DNA of 64,000 nt from an uncultured Alphaproteobacteria bacterium (GTDB lineage: Bacteria > Pseudomonadota > Alphaproteobacteria > HIMB59 > GCA-002718135): assembly GCA_902575815.1 (NCBI GenBank), contig CACGTA010000005.1, forward strand, positions 2,213 through 66,212, given 5' to 3'. A program made the translations under genes and the position numbers. Positions 55,434 through 64,000 of this stretch are shown one piece after another (position 1 is the first letter of the stretch; every line of letters starts with the position of its first letter). The notes beneath the pieces are model-generated. The model was not told the DNA's origin, did not search any database, and was given only the letters and a program-made list of their open reading frames with translations.

Positions 55434-56804
55434 ATGGATAGAGGAATATTAGATGATTTAAAAGACCTTTTGCAGGAAAGAATTTCCTTTTCTGAAAGTG
55501 TTAGAAATAATCATGCTAAAGGTGAGGATGCTTATGATCCTGTACTGCCAAAAGCGGTTTTGTTTCCAGAAAATAACGAAGAGTTATCAAAAATTTTGAA
55601 AATATGTAATCAATTTAAAGTACCCGTAACCGCATATGGAACTGGAACATCACTTGAGGGTCATGTAGTTGGCAATGAAGAAGGTTTTACAATATCTATG
55701 GAAAATTTTAATAAAATAATTTCAATTAATGAACAAGACTTTGACTGTCGTGTTCAAGCTAATGTATCTCGTGAACAGCTTAATGAAACACTTAAAGATA
55801 AAGGTGTTTTTTTTCCTATTGATCCTGGTGCTAATGCATCTTTAGGTGGTATGACTTCGTGTTCTGCATCAGGCACAATGGCTGTTAGATATGGAACAAT
55901 GAGAACGACTGTTCTAGGTCTGACTGTAGTTTTAGCGAATGGGGATATAATAAAAACTGGAACAAGAGCTAAAAAAACTTCTGCAGGATATAATTTAACC
56001 AATCTTTTTGTAGGCTCTGAAGGTACACTTGGAATAATTACTGAAGTTCATCTTAGACTATCACCAATCCCTGAAAGTATTATGAGCGCTGTATGTCAGT
56101 TTCCTGATCTTGACTCAGCTGTCTTAACTGCACAAGAAATAATTCAATACGGTGTACCAATTGCAAGAGTAGAGTTATTAAATAAAGATCAGATGGATAT
56201 AAGTATTAAGTATTCTAAACTCGAGAATTTAGAGAGTTTACCAACACTTTTTTATGAATTTCATGGAAGTGAAATTTCAAATAAAGAATCTATAGATGTG
56301 GTTGAAGAAATCTCTAAAAATAATAATGGTAGTGAATTTAAATGGGCGGTAAACACAGAAGAAAGAAATAAAATTTGGAAAGCAAGACATAATGTTTATT
56401 ATTCGGTTAAGGCGCAGGGGGATGATGTTAGGGTTTACGCTACTGATGTTTGTGTACCTATTTCAAATATTGTAGAGTGTATTAAATTTGCAGAAAATGA
56501 ACTTCAAGGTACTGGACTAAAAGCTCCAATGGTTGGTCATGTAGGTGATGGAAATTTTCATGTAACTATTGTGTATGATCCAAACAAAGAAAATGAATAT
56601 CAATACATTAGAGAGTTTAGCAATAAACTAATTGATAAAGCTCTAGAAATGGATGGAACAATTACAGGTGAACATGGAATAGGTCTTCAAAAAAAGGAGT
56701 ATTTATTAAAACAACATCCAGATAACATTCCTTTAATGAAATTAATTAAGAAAAGCTTTGATCCTAATAATATATTAAATCCTGGCAAAGTTTTTGACTT
56801 ATAA
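55434..56804 (+). CDS. FAD-linked oxidase (D-lactate dehydrogenase / GlcD-like)
   Basis: FAD-binding PCMH domain (VTAYGTGTSLEGH, GSEGTLGIITE) and C-terminal GEHGIG...DPNNILNPGK. Confidence 0.8.
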   Translation: MDRGILDDLKDLLQERISFSESVRNNHAKGEDAYDPVLPKAVLFPENNEELSKILKICNQFKVPVTAYGTGTSLEGHVVGNEEGFTISMENFNKIISINEQDFDCRVQANVSREQLNETLKDKGVFFPIDPGANASLGGMTSCSASGTMAVRYGTMRTTVLGLTVVLANGDIIKTGTRAKKTSAGYNLTNLFVGSEGTLGIITEVHLRLSPIPESIMSAVCQFPDLDSAVLTAQEIIQYGVPIARVELLNKDQMDISIKYSKLENLESLPTLFYEFHGSEISNKESIDVVEEISKNNNGSEFKWAVNTEERNKIWKARHNVYYSVKAQGDDVRVYATDVCVPISNIVECIKFAENELQGTGLKAPMVGHVGDGNFHVTIVYDPNKENEYQYIREFSNKLIDKALEMDGTITGEHGIGLQKKEYLLKQHPDNIPLMKLIKKSFDPNNILNPGKVFDL

Positions 56805-56807
56805 AAA

Positions 56808-57854
56808 TTAATATTTTGGATTATTTATATCTTCATTATAAGCAAAAATTGCAGGACTGCCTCCCGTATATATGAAAATTACATTATCACCTTTTTTTAT
56901 TACTCCTTTTTGGACATAATCTATAAGAGCTGCAAAACCTTTTGAAGTATAAACTGGATCTAAAATAATTGATTCTTTTTTTGCTAAAAGCTTCATAGCT
57001 TCTATTCCTGCTTTTGTTGTAGCACCATATTTTTCACCCACATAATTATTATCATGGTTAATCATTTCATCAGTAAATTTTATATTAATATCAAGCAATT
57101 TAGCTCCTTCATTACAAATTCTTGCTATATCTTTTTTAATATCCATTTCCCAATAAACTGGAGAAATACCCTGAATGCGAGTAGGCCAATTTAATATTTT
57201 AGCTCCTAATACACAGCCCGCTTGTGTCATATTAGCTGCAGTTACAAATAAATGATCTGCCATAAAATTTTGTTCTTTCATTTGCAAATCAATTTCAGCC
57301 ATAGCATTTGCATAACTAATTCCAGCAAGTGTAGTATCTTCTTCTCCAAATCCTCCGTATATTAGTAAAGGCTTTCGACCCTCTTTTATTAATTCTTTGT
57401 ATTTTCTATCTAAATGTTTTGGTATTTCTTCTAAATTTTCACCTTCAACTACCTCAACGTTCGCCCCTAAGATACTATATAATAAAAAATTACCCTGCAT
57501 TAACTTTCCCTTTATTCCATGCATCAATACTAAATAACTATCTAAATTTAGTTTATTAGCTGCAGCCACAGCTTGACGGCAAAAATTAGATTGAGAGGCA
57601 GCACCGGTAAGAATACAATCATAATTATCTGATAACGTTTTAGCCATTATAAATTCTAAATGTCGTGTTTTATTACCTCCAAAAGCGAGTGCGGTACAAT
57701 CATCTCTTTTAATATATAAATTAATATTAAGTTCTTTAGAAATATTAGGGGCATATTCAAGAGCAGTTGGAAGCTGAGCTAAATAAATTCTTGGAATTTT
57801 ATTTATTTTTGTAACTAATTCTTCAACTGATAGCGGATTAAATTTACTATTCAT
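56808..57854 (-). CDS. PLP-dependent enzyme of the ACC deaminase / D-cysteine desulfhydrase / cysteate sulfo-lyase family
   Basis: YIKRDD...FGGNKTRHLEF (PLP-Lys motif) and C-terminal YTGG. Confidence 0.75.
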   Translation of the reverse strand: MNSKFNPLSVEELVTKINKIPRIYLAQLPTALEYAPNISKELNINLYIKRDDCTALAFGGNKTRHLEFIMAKTLSDNYDCILTGAASQSNFCRQAVAAANKLNLDSYLVLMHGIKGKLMQGNFLLYSILGANVEVVEGENLEEIPKHLDRKYKELIKEGRKPLLIYGGFGEEDTTLAGISYANAMAEIDLQMKEQNFMADHLFVTAANMTQAGCVLGAKILNWPTRIQGISPVYWEMDIKKDIARICNEGAKLLDINIKFTDEMINHDNNYVGEKYGATTKAGIEAMKLLAKKESIILDPVYTSKGFAALIDYVQKGVIKKGDNVIFIYTGGSPAIFAYNEDINNPKY

Positions 57855-57884
57855 TTATTGTGTAAAAATTTTATTTTTTTTAAA

Positions 57885-59618
57885 TTAATGACTATGTCTT
57901 TTTACTTCTGAACCTCTTTTACCAATTAGAAAATCAAGATCTGCACCTTTATCAGCTTGCATTACATGATCTATATACATCTTTTGATAACCTCCAGAAA
58001 TCTCAGGTAAAATTGGATTATAATTATCTAAACGATTTTTAATTATTTCATCATCAACTTTTAAATTCATAGTACCTTGATTGACATCTATTTCTATTTG
58101 ATCACCATTTTGAACTGCTGCTAAAGGCCCTTTTACAGCTGCTTCAGGAGCAGTATGAAGGATCACTGTTCCATATGCTGTTCCGCTCATTCTAGCATCA
58201 GATATTCTAATCATATCTCTTACACCTTTCTTTAAAAGTTTTTGTGGAAGACGCATGTTTCCAACCTCTGCCATACCTGGATAGCCTTTCGGTCCACAAT
58301 TTTTCAAAACTAATATAGAATTTTTATCTACTTCTAAATTTGGATCGTCAATTTTTTCATGAAACTCTTCTACACTTTCAAAGACAACTGCTTGACCGGT
58401 ATGTTTCATTAATTCTGGTGATGCAGCTGATGGTTTTATAATTGCACCATTTGGCGCAATGTTTCCTCTAAGAATTTTAATACCTCCATTTTTTGTTAAT
58501 GGATTATCAAATTCTTTAATAACTTCATTATTCCAACATTTAGCATCTTTGTTATTTTCACCAATACTTTTTCCATTTACAGTTAATGCATGTTCTTCTA
58601 GTAAATTTTTTTCAAGTAACCTTTTTATTACAACAGGTACTCCCCCTGCATAATAAAAATCTTCCATCAAATATTTACCAGAAGGTTGGAGATTTACTAG
58701 TGTAGGAATACCTTCCCCATATTTATTCCAATCTTCTAAATCCAGATCTATTTCCATTCTTCCTGCAATAGCCGCTAAATGAATAACAGCATTAGTCGAA
58801 CCACCTATTGCTCCATTAACCTTTATTGCATTTTCAAATGATTTTTTTGTTACAATTTTAGATATAGTTATATTTTCTTTAACCATCTCAACAATTCTTT
58901 TTCCTGACATATGGGCTAATGCATATCTTCTTGAGTCAACAGCAGGTATTGCAGCATTACCAGGTAATGACATACCTAGTGCTTCGACCATTGATCCCAT
59001 TGTTGATGCTGTACCCATTGTCATACAATTACCTTTTGATCTACTCATTGAAATTTCTGCATTAATAAAATCTTCTTCTGTAATTACGCCTGCGTTTAAA
59101 TCAGCGTCAAGTTTCCAAACACCAGTTCCAGAACCTATAGTTTTTCCCTGATGGTGACCATTAAGCATTGGGCCACCTGAAACTCCAATTGTAGGAAGGT
59201 CAACACTTGCTGCACCCATCATTAATGAAGGTGTTGTTTTATCACAACCCATTAATAGCACGACTCCATCAATAGGATTGCCTCTTATTGCTTCTTCTAC
59301 GTCCATGCTTGCCAAGTTTCTAAATAACATTGCTGTTGGCCGAAGATTAGACTCACTTGCTGAAAATACTGGAAATTCAAGTGGGAAACCACCAGCTTCA
59401 TAAACACCTTTTTTAACGGACTCAGCTATCTCTCTAAAATGGCCATTACACGGTGTTAATTCTGACCAAGTATTGCAAATTCCAATTACAGGACGTCCAT
59501 CAAATAAGTGATTTGGATGTCCTTGATTTCGCATCCACCCCCTATGAATAAATGTATCTCTTCGATGTGATTTAGAATTATACCAATTAGAAGATCGAAA
59601 TTTATTTTTTTTATTCAT
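57885..59618 (-). CDS. IlvD/Edd family sugar-acid dehydratase (arabinonate/xylonate-dehydratase-like)
   Basis: RPVIGICNTWSE..PCN, GCDKTTPS, SGTGVW, GNCMTMGTASTM, DARMSGTAYG. Confidence 0.85.
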   Translation of the reverse strand: MNKKNKFRSSNWYNSKSHRRDTFIHRGWMRNQGHPNHLFDGRPVIGICNTWSELTPCNGHFREIAESVKKGVYEAGGFPLEFPVFSASESNLRPTAMLFRNLASMDVEEAIRGNPIDGVVLLMGCDKTTPSLMMGAASVDLPTIGVSGGPMLNGHHQGKTIGSGTGVWKLDADLNAGVITEEDFINAEISMSRSKGNCMTMGTASTMGSMVEALGMSLPGNAAIPAVDSRRYALAHMSGKRIVEMVKENITISKIVTKKSFENAIKVNGAIGGSTNAVIHLAAIAGRMEIDLDLEDWNKYGEGIPTLVNLQPSGKYLMEDFYYAGGVPVVIKRLLEKNLLEEHALTVNGKSIGENNKDAKCWNNEVIKEFDNPLTKNGGIKILRGNIAPNGAIIKPSAASPELMKHTGQAVVFESVEEFHEKIDDPNLEVDKNSILVLKNCGPKGYPGMAEVGNMRLPQKLLKKGVRDMIRISDARMSGTAYGTVILHTAPEAAVKGPLAAVQNGDQIEIDVNQGTMNLKVDDEIIKNRLDNYNPILPEISGGYQKMYIDHVMQADKGADLDFLIGKRGSEVKRHSH

Positions 59619-59649
59619 AAAAAAAGTCTTATCTAATTAAAGAAAAAAA

Positions 59650-60537
59650 TCAAATTTTAAATTTATTATCTTCAATACCAGGAGTATTAACGTTTAGTGC
59701 AAATAAGCTACCATCATATTTATTTTTACCTGAGTTATTAGCAGTAGTAATAAATAAAGTTTTAAGATCACTTCCTCCAAATACACAATTTGTTACATTT
59801 TCAACAGGTAGCTCATAAATTTGATCAACCCTGCCAATTGGATCAATTTTCACAACACACGAACCACCCCAACGACAATTCCAAATAAAACCATCACTAT
59901 CAATGGTTGATCCATCTGGCGCGCCTCTATCAAAATCAAAAAAAAATTTTTTGTCTGATAAACTGCCTTCATCTAAGTTAAATTTGTATTCAAGTAATGA
60001 TCCTTCAGTTGAGTCAGCAAAATAAAATTTTGCATTATCTGGACTCCAAACAAATGTATTAGGTATACCAAGATTTGTTTCAACTATGTTTAATTTATTT
60101 TCTGATAAACAATATAAAGTTCCAGATTTAGTATTTAAAGTCTTTGAGCTTCCATCGTTATTAATATTGTTTTGCATTGTGCCAAACCAGAGTCTTCCCT
60201 TTGCATCGGATGCACCGTCATTTGATCTGTTAGTTAAAATATTTTCTTCTACCTCTTTTATTATTTCATATTTTTTAGTTTGAAAATTGAATTTGTTTAC
60301 TCCGTTGTTTGAAACTAAAGCAATTTCACTGTTTGAAATAATTGATGATGCTGTTACAAATTCAGGTAATTCAAAGGTTTCTAATTTTTCACTTTGTAAA
60401 TTTATTCTGAATAAAAGTGTTTTTGGCTTTATATCAAGCCAAAATAAACTTTGATTAATTGAAGACCAAGTAATACCTTCACCTAAACTATTTTTTACAT
60501 CTTTGTATAATTCAACCTTACTCACAACAAAGATCAA
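59650..60537 (-). CDS. SMP-30/gluconolactonase/LRE family lactonase
   Basis: LGEGITWS...LFWLDI, DAKGRLWFGTM, PNTFVWSPD, APDGSTIDSDGFIWN, VFGGSDLKTLFITTA. The start is non-ATG (TTG at 60537 or GTG at 60525). Confidence 0.8.
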   Translation of the reverse strand: MIFVVSKVELYKDVKNSLGEGITWSSINQSLFWLDIKPKTLLFRINLQSEKLETFELPEFVTASSIISNSEIALVSNNGVNKFNFQTKKYEIIKEVEENILTNRSNDGASDAKGRLWFGTMQNNINNDGSSKTLNTKSGTLYCLSENKLNIVETNLGIPNTFVWSPDNAKFYFADSTEGSLLEYKFNLDEGSLSDKKFFFDFDRGAPDGSTIDSDGFIWNCRWGGSCVVKIDPIGRVDQIYELPVENVTNCVFGGSDLKTLFITTANNSGKNKYDGSLFALNVNTPGIEDNKFKI

Positions 60538-60570
60538 TATAATAAAAATTTAAAATTTATGAAGATAAGA

Positions 60571-61575
60571 TTAAAGATAATGTGCTTTGTCTTTAATACG
60601 AGCCATTACTTCTTTTGTTGCTTCTTCAGATCCATCATGAAATGTACCCATTAGTTTGTCTAAAAAACTAGTATTACCTCCTGAATAATTACATTCAAAG
60701 TATTTGTGATGGATATAGTGCATATAATCACCAGTTGGTATTGATACACCATTTTTGAAAGTCATTTTTTCATATCCAGTATGTCCAGGTGTTGGAGCTA
60801 ATCCAGCATGAAAAACATGATACATTGCAACAAGAGGGTGAGAAGGAATAATCCAGTGTACTAAAATACCTGAAAAATATAACAGATGTTCTATTGGATG
60901 CATAGACATACCAGACCAAGCGCCTGTATTTGTATTACGGTGATGAACTTTATGAGCAATTTTATAAAGTGGTGCCCAGTGCAATAATCTATGAGTTAAA
61001 TAAAAATGTGCGTCTCTTATAAATGGAACAAGAAAGAACATAAAACAACAATATATTGGATAAGCCTCCCAACTTACATATGGGATTATTTGATTTGCAA
61101 ATGCCCAAAATGTAATTACTTCATAAGCTGTCCATAATGGAATAGCACTACAAAAAGTATAAAATAAGTTATCTTTAGTTTGATCATTAAACAAAAACGT
61201 TGAATTATTTTTTTCCAAAGGTCGTGGATTATATTTAAATGAAGTTCCTTGTGTCTTCAGTCTTAAATGAAAGAAGCCTGTCCAAAGCAAAATAATAACT
61301 GCATTTCTGAAAAATATATAGGATATCCAACCTATTTCAAAATTCTTCATTGTCTCTAAAGAAGGAGTCAAAAAAATATATGTAGCAATTGTTATTGCTG
61401 CAAAAACAAAAGTCCATGGAAAAAAAATTCCTGGAAATTTAAAAAAATATTTTAAAAATTTTATTGGATTAAAAAATATATCTTTAGGTGGATTAATACT
61501 AATTGTGCCAAAAGGTTTCCAATGACCTCTTTTATCTCTTGTGCCAAAATCATTATCATTTAACCGATTAGTCAT
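60571..61575 (-). CDS. Fatty acid hydroxylase / sterol desaturase superfamily membrane di-iron protein
   Basis: Histidine boxes HFYLTHRLLH, HKVHHR and HYIHHKYFECNY, plus multiple TM helices. Confidence 0.75.
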   Translation of the reverse strand: MTNRLNDNDFGTRDKRGHWKPFGTISINPPKDIFFNPIKFLKYFFKFPGIFFPWTFVFAAITIATYIFLTPSLETMKNFEIGWISYIFFRNAVIILLWTGFFHLRLKTQGTSFKYNPRPLEKNNSTFLFNDQTKDNLFYTFCSAIPLWTAYEVITFWAFANQIIPYVSWEAYPIYCCFMFFLVPFIRDAHFYLTHRLLHWAPLYKIAHKVHHRNTNTGAWSGMSMHPIEHLLYFSGILVHWIIPSHPLVAMYHVFHAGLAPTPGHTGYEKMTFKNGVSIPTGDYMHYIHHKYFECNYSGGNTSFLDKLMGTFHDGSEEATKEVMARIKDKAHYL

Positions 61576-61613
61576 AAAGCACTTATAGTATATTTTGAGT
61601 AAAAAAAAAGAGA

Positions 61614-62630
61614 CTAAATTGTCGTATCTGGAACCTTCACATCAATAAAATGATTTTTATCTTTTGATTGTTTAAATATTGCTGGAATAATTGTCCTATA
61701 TGCAGAAATTAATCCCCTATGCGGTTTTGGCATTTGATTTCTTACAACTTTGTGAAATTTTTTTAGATTATGGCATGGAATTTTTGGGAACATATGATGT
61801 TCGATATGATATTCCATATTAGAATACAGAAAGCTAAAAAAGGGATTTATTAAAACCGTTCTTGTACTTTTTCTATGATCTTTAATATTATCAGCTAGTC
61901 CAGCATGTTGTGTCATTCCCAAAAGCATTAAAATTGTGTTACCATAAAATGGCGGTAAAATTATCATTATGATTGGTAACCATGATTGTAATAAAACTGA
62001 AGATAAAATGACAAGCAGCCAGAAACCAACATATAATCTTGAACTATTTACAATTTTTTTTATTTCTTTTTCAGGTACGGTAATTTTTACTACAGGAGTA
62101 ATTATTCCAATTGAATGTTTTATAATTTCAAAGTGAGTAAAATGTCTTATTTTTTGAATATTGATGATTGGCCCAAGTGGTAAAAAGTTAAGTAGAAATC
62201 TAATTGGCTCAGTTGGTTTAGGACTATTATTTTCATAATCATATACTTCTTCGTGTGTAAATATTGTGTAGGTATGATGATGATAATGACTCCACTTCCA
62301 ACGTACTGCTTCAAAACCTCCAAGTAGTGAAGTTATATGATAAAATAATTTATTTAAAGTTCTCGATTTAAAATATGTTTCATGATTTGTTTCATGTTGA
62401 ATGCTAATCACTTTACAATAAAAAATATTACCATAAAGAAGAAGTGCTGGGATTGACCACAACGTACCCCAAGTAGCAATACATAAATATCCACTTAATA
62501 TCAGAGCAACAACAAATAAAGATATATCTATTATACCTTTTATATCTGATCTTTTAGATAGTTCTTTTAGAGTTTTTTTATCTATTGTTGGTTTGTACCA
62601 AGATTGTAAATCAACTTCACCTGCAAACAT
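61614..62630 (-). CDS. Membrane fatty-acid-desaturase family di-iron protein
   Basis: Histidine boxes HETNHE, HYHHH and HIEHHMFP, plus TM helices. Confidence 0.75.
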   Translation of the reverse strand: MFAGEVDLQSWYKPTIDKKTLKELSKRSDIKGIIDISLFVVALILSGYLCIATWGTLWSIPALLLYGNIFYCKVISIQHETNHETYFKSRTLNKLFYHITSLLGGFEAVRWKWSHYHHHTYTIFTHEEVYDYENNSPKPTEPIRFLLNFLPLGPIINIQKIRHFTHFEIIKHSIGIITPVVKITVPEKEIKKIVNSSRLYVGFWLLVILSSVLLQSWLPIIMIILPPFYGNTILMLLGMTQHAGLADNIKDHRKSTRTVLINPFFSFLYSNMEYHIEHHMFPKIPCHNLKKFHKVVRNQMPKPHRGLISAYRTIIPAIFKQSKDKNHFIDVKVPDTTI

Positions 62631-62633
62631 AAA

Positions 62634-63461
62634 TTAAAATCTTTCCGACAGTTTTAAAAATTTTTCAAATTCATTTTCGTCAATATTAACTGTGATTTTA
62701 GGATCATTGAAATTTTGATTTACTGTGTCATTATGAAATTCTTTGAATGCACTTACTCTTTCAGCTTGAAGTTTTGCAAATTCTTTTTTAAAATCTCTGT
62801 AAATTCGTGCATGTCTTGGAATTTTTCCTTGAGTATAGCCGAGTACATCATTAGCAAACAGATATTGCCCATCACATCCAGAACCACTTCCCATTGAAAG
62901 AGTCATAATATCAACTTTTTTTGTAATTACTTCAGCAACTTTTGGAGGAACGACTTCGAGCTCAACACCTATAACTCCTGCCTCTTGTAACTCTAAAGTA
63001 TGTTCTAAAATTCTAATGGCTTTATCAGCTGTTTTACCTTGTGCAACAAATCCACCAATCCATGTAGCATTTCCTGGAACTAAGCCGACGTGACTGTTGA
63101 TCGGAACAAATTCATCTCTTAGAGCTCTTAACCATTTATAACTCCAATTACCTCCGTAGATTACATCTGCACCAATATCTAAATACTTATGTGAAAGTTT
63201 CATTGCTTCATACTCAGAAGCAACTTTTACTGCGCCTCCAGATTGCATAAAGCAGGTTGGTGCTGCTTCACGTATTCTTTTAAGTTCATCAAAAGAATTA
63301 TAAATACCAAACTGTGGAGCATCATGAGAAGTACAAATCATATCAATGCCAGCCTCTTCAGCTGCTGCAGCTTCTTCAGCATTATGCACAAACATAACAC
63401 TAAGTTGTCTTTTACCTTTGCATTGTAAGTAATCGTAAACCGTCAGTTTTTTTTTACTCAT
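62634..63461 (-). CDS. PanB-like (ketopantoate hydroxymethyltransferase family) protein, divergent paralog 2
   Basis: SHVGLVPG, LEVVP, SMGSGSGCDGQYLFANDVLG and PRHAR align with the PanB blocks GHLGLTPQ, LECVP, GIGAG..DGQILV.HD and PKFAK. The GDS and KIEGG blocks are replaced. Confidence 0.65.
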   Translation of the reverse strand: MSKKKLTVYDYLQCKGKRQLSVMFVHNAEEAAAAEEAGIDMICTSHDAPQFGIYNSFDELKRIREAAPTCFMQSGGAVKVASEYEAMKLSHKYLDIGADVIYGGNWSYKWLRALRDEFVPINSHVGLVPGNATWIGGFVAQGKTADKAIRILEHTLELQEAGVIGVELEVVPPKVAEVITKKVDIMTLSMGSGSGCDGQYLFANDVLGYTQGKIPRHARIYRDFKKEFAKLQAERVSAFKEFHNDTVNQNFNDPKITVNIDENEFEKFLKLSERF

Positions 63462-63479
63462 AAAATCTCCAAAAAATAT

Positions 63480-63797
63480 TTAACCTATTTTAATGAAAAT
63501 TTTATCATTATCAACTTTAACTGGGTATGTTTTTAAATCCTCACAAGCTGGAGGGCTGAGTGCTTCTCCAGATTTAATATTAAAAATTCCTTGGTGCATT
63601 GGACATTCAATTTCATCATCCATAACCAAACCATCTTCAAGATGTACCGCCTCATGTGTACAAATTCCATCAGTAGCGTAAAATCCGTCTGTTAACCTAT
63701 AAACACAAAAAGTTTTGTCTTGATGATCAAATCTGATGAGATCCTCTTCTTCAATACTATCTGTAGAGCCTACTTCAATCCAATTTTCTTCAGACAT
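63480..63797 (-). CDS. Rieske [2Fe-2S] ferredoxin (small soluble type)
   Basis: CTHEAVHL...CPMHQGIF, which is the CxH...CxxH motif. At 105 aa it has the size of BphF/TodB-type ferredoxins. Confidence 0.85.
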   Translation of the reverse strand: MSEENWIEVGSTDSIEEEDLIRFDHQDKTFCVYRLTDGFYATDGICTHEAVHLEDGLVMDDEIECPMHQGIFNIKSGEALSPPACEDLKTYPVKVDNDKIFIKIG

Positions 63798-63848
63798 AGA
63801 CTGTATATAATATTTATTTTATGAAAATAAATACAAAAAATTAAATTA

Positions 63849-64000
63849 TTATCTTTGTATAAGTTTATTTAATTTTTGATTCTGATCCGAAAGAATTTGT
63901 TTATCTACAATAGTATTTTTCTCAATTAATTTAGATGTTATTCTAATATCACGACCTATTTTTCCTACAATTCCAACACCACATGCTCCTCTTATTTTAT
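63849..64000 (-). CDS. 3' end of an unidentified gene, truncated by the window edge
   Basis: The open frame reads ...KIRGACGVGIVGKIGRDIRITSKLIEKNTIVDKQILSDQNQKLNKLIQR and ends in a double stop, with the first TAA at 63849-63851. It is co-directional with the downstream operon. The family cannot be determined from 50 aa. Confidence 0.35.
   Translation of the reverse strand, partial: KIRGACGVGIVGKIGRDIRITSKLIEKNTIVDKQILSDQNQKLNKLIQR

Noticed and set aside
1-64000. CRISPR arrays, insertion sequences, integrases, prophage genes, toxin-antitoxin pairs, tRNA or rRNA genes
   Set aside because: I found no direct-repeat/spacer periodicity. No ORF has transposase, integrase or reverse-transcriptase motifs. 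No intergenic segment has tRNA T-loop or acceptor features. The intergenic space is too small to hide rRNA.

Overview
This is an AT-rich (about 28-30% GC by eye), very gene-dense alphaproteobacterial chromosome segment. Gene content and order point to a streamlined SAR11/Pelagibacterales-type genome: ccrM; atpI-B-E-F'-F; ispH-thrB-rnhA; mutY-DUF721-dsbA-smc; and many 1-17 nt gene overlaps. I support about 66 protein-coding genes. I recognise no rRNA, tRNA, CRISPR array, transposase, integrase or prophage gene. All calls come from motifs read in the supplied translations, with no database search, so family names are recognition-level calls.

Layout:
- 0-3.3 kb: small membrane and secreted proteins plus a non-canonical PanB-like gene.
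- 3.3-8.9 kb: the four-gene ligase-associated DNA-damage-response cassette (pdeM, lhr-like helicase, exonuclease, ATP-dependent ligase).
- 8.9-18.1 kb: housekeeping genes (ispE, TPR protein, UDG, lytic transglycosylase, moaB, rnhB, ccrM, MATE transporter).
- 18.1-21.6 kb: an accessory-looking islet with a GNAT-like protein and three secreted or outer-membrane genes.
- 21.7-33.4 kb: purine cluster (guaB, purE, K, C, D, F, N, M, L, Q).
- 33.4-43.5 kb: mutY, DUF721, dsbA, smc, the ATP synthase F0 operon, ispH, thrB, rnhA and yceI.
- 43.8-64 kb: a carbon-catabolic island. It holds a polyol-type ABC importer, mannitol-dehydrogenase-family and GMC oxidoreductases, xylB, 2-hydroxy-acid enzymes, and a tight minus-strand operon of seven complete genes (plus an edge-truncated ORF upstream).

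Best candidates for undescribed biology:
1. The minus-strand operon at 56.8-63.8 kb. It combines a Rieske ferredoxin, two membrane di-iron oxygenase-family proteins and a PanB-like protein lacking canonical PanB residues with a lactonase, a dehydratase and a PLP enzyme.
2. The secreted HExxH protein / passenger-less inverse-autotransporter-like barrel / 8-Cys secreted protein module at 18.9-21.6 kb.
3. Two orphan promoter-hairpin-terminator units, upstream of the MATE gene and upstream of ccrM.
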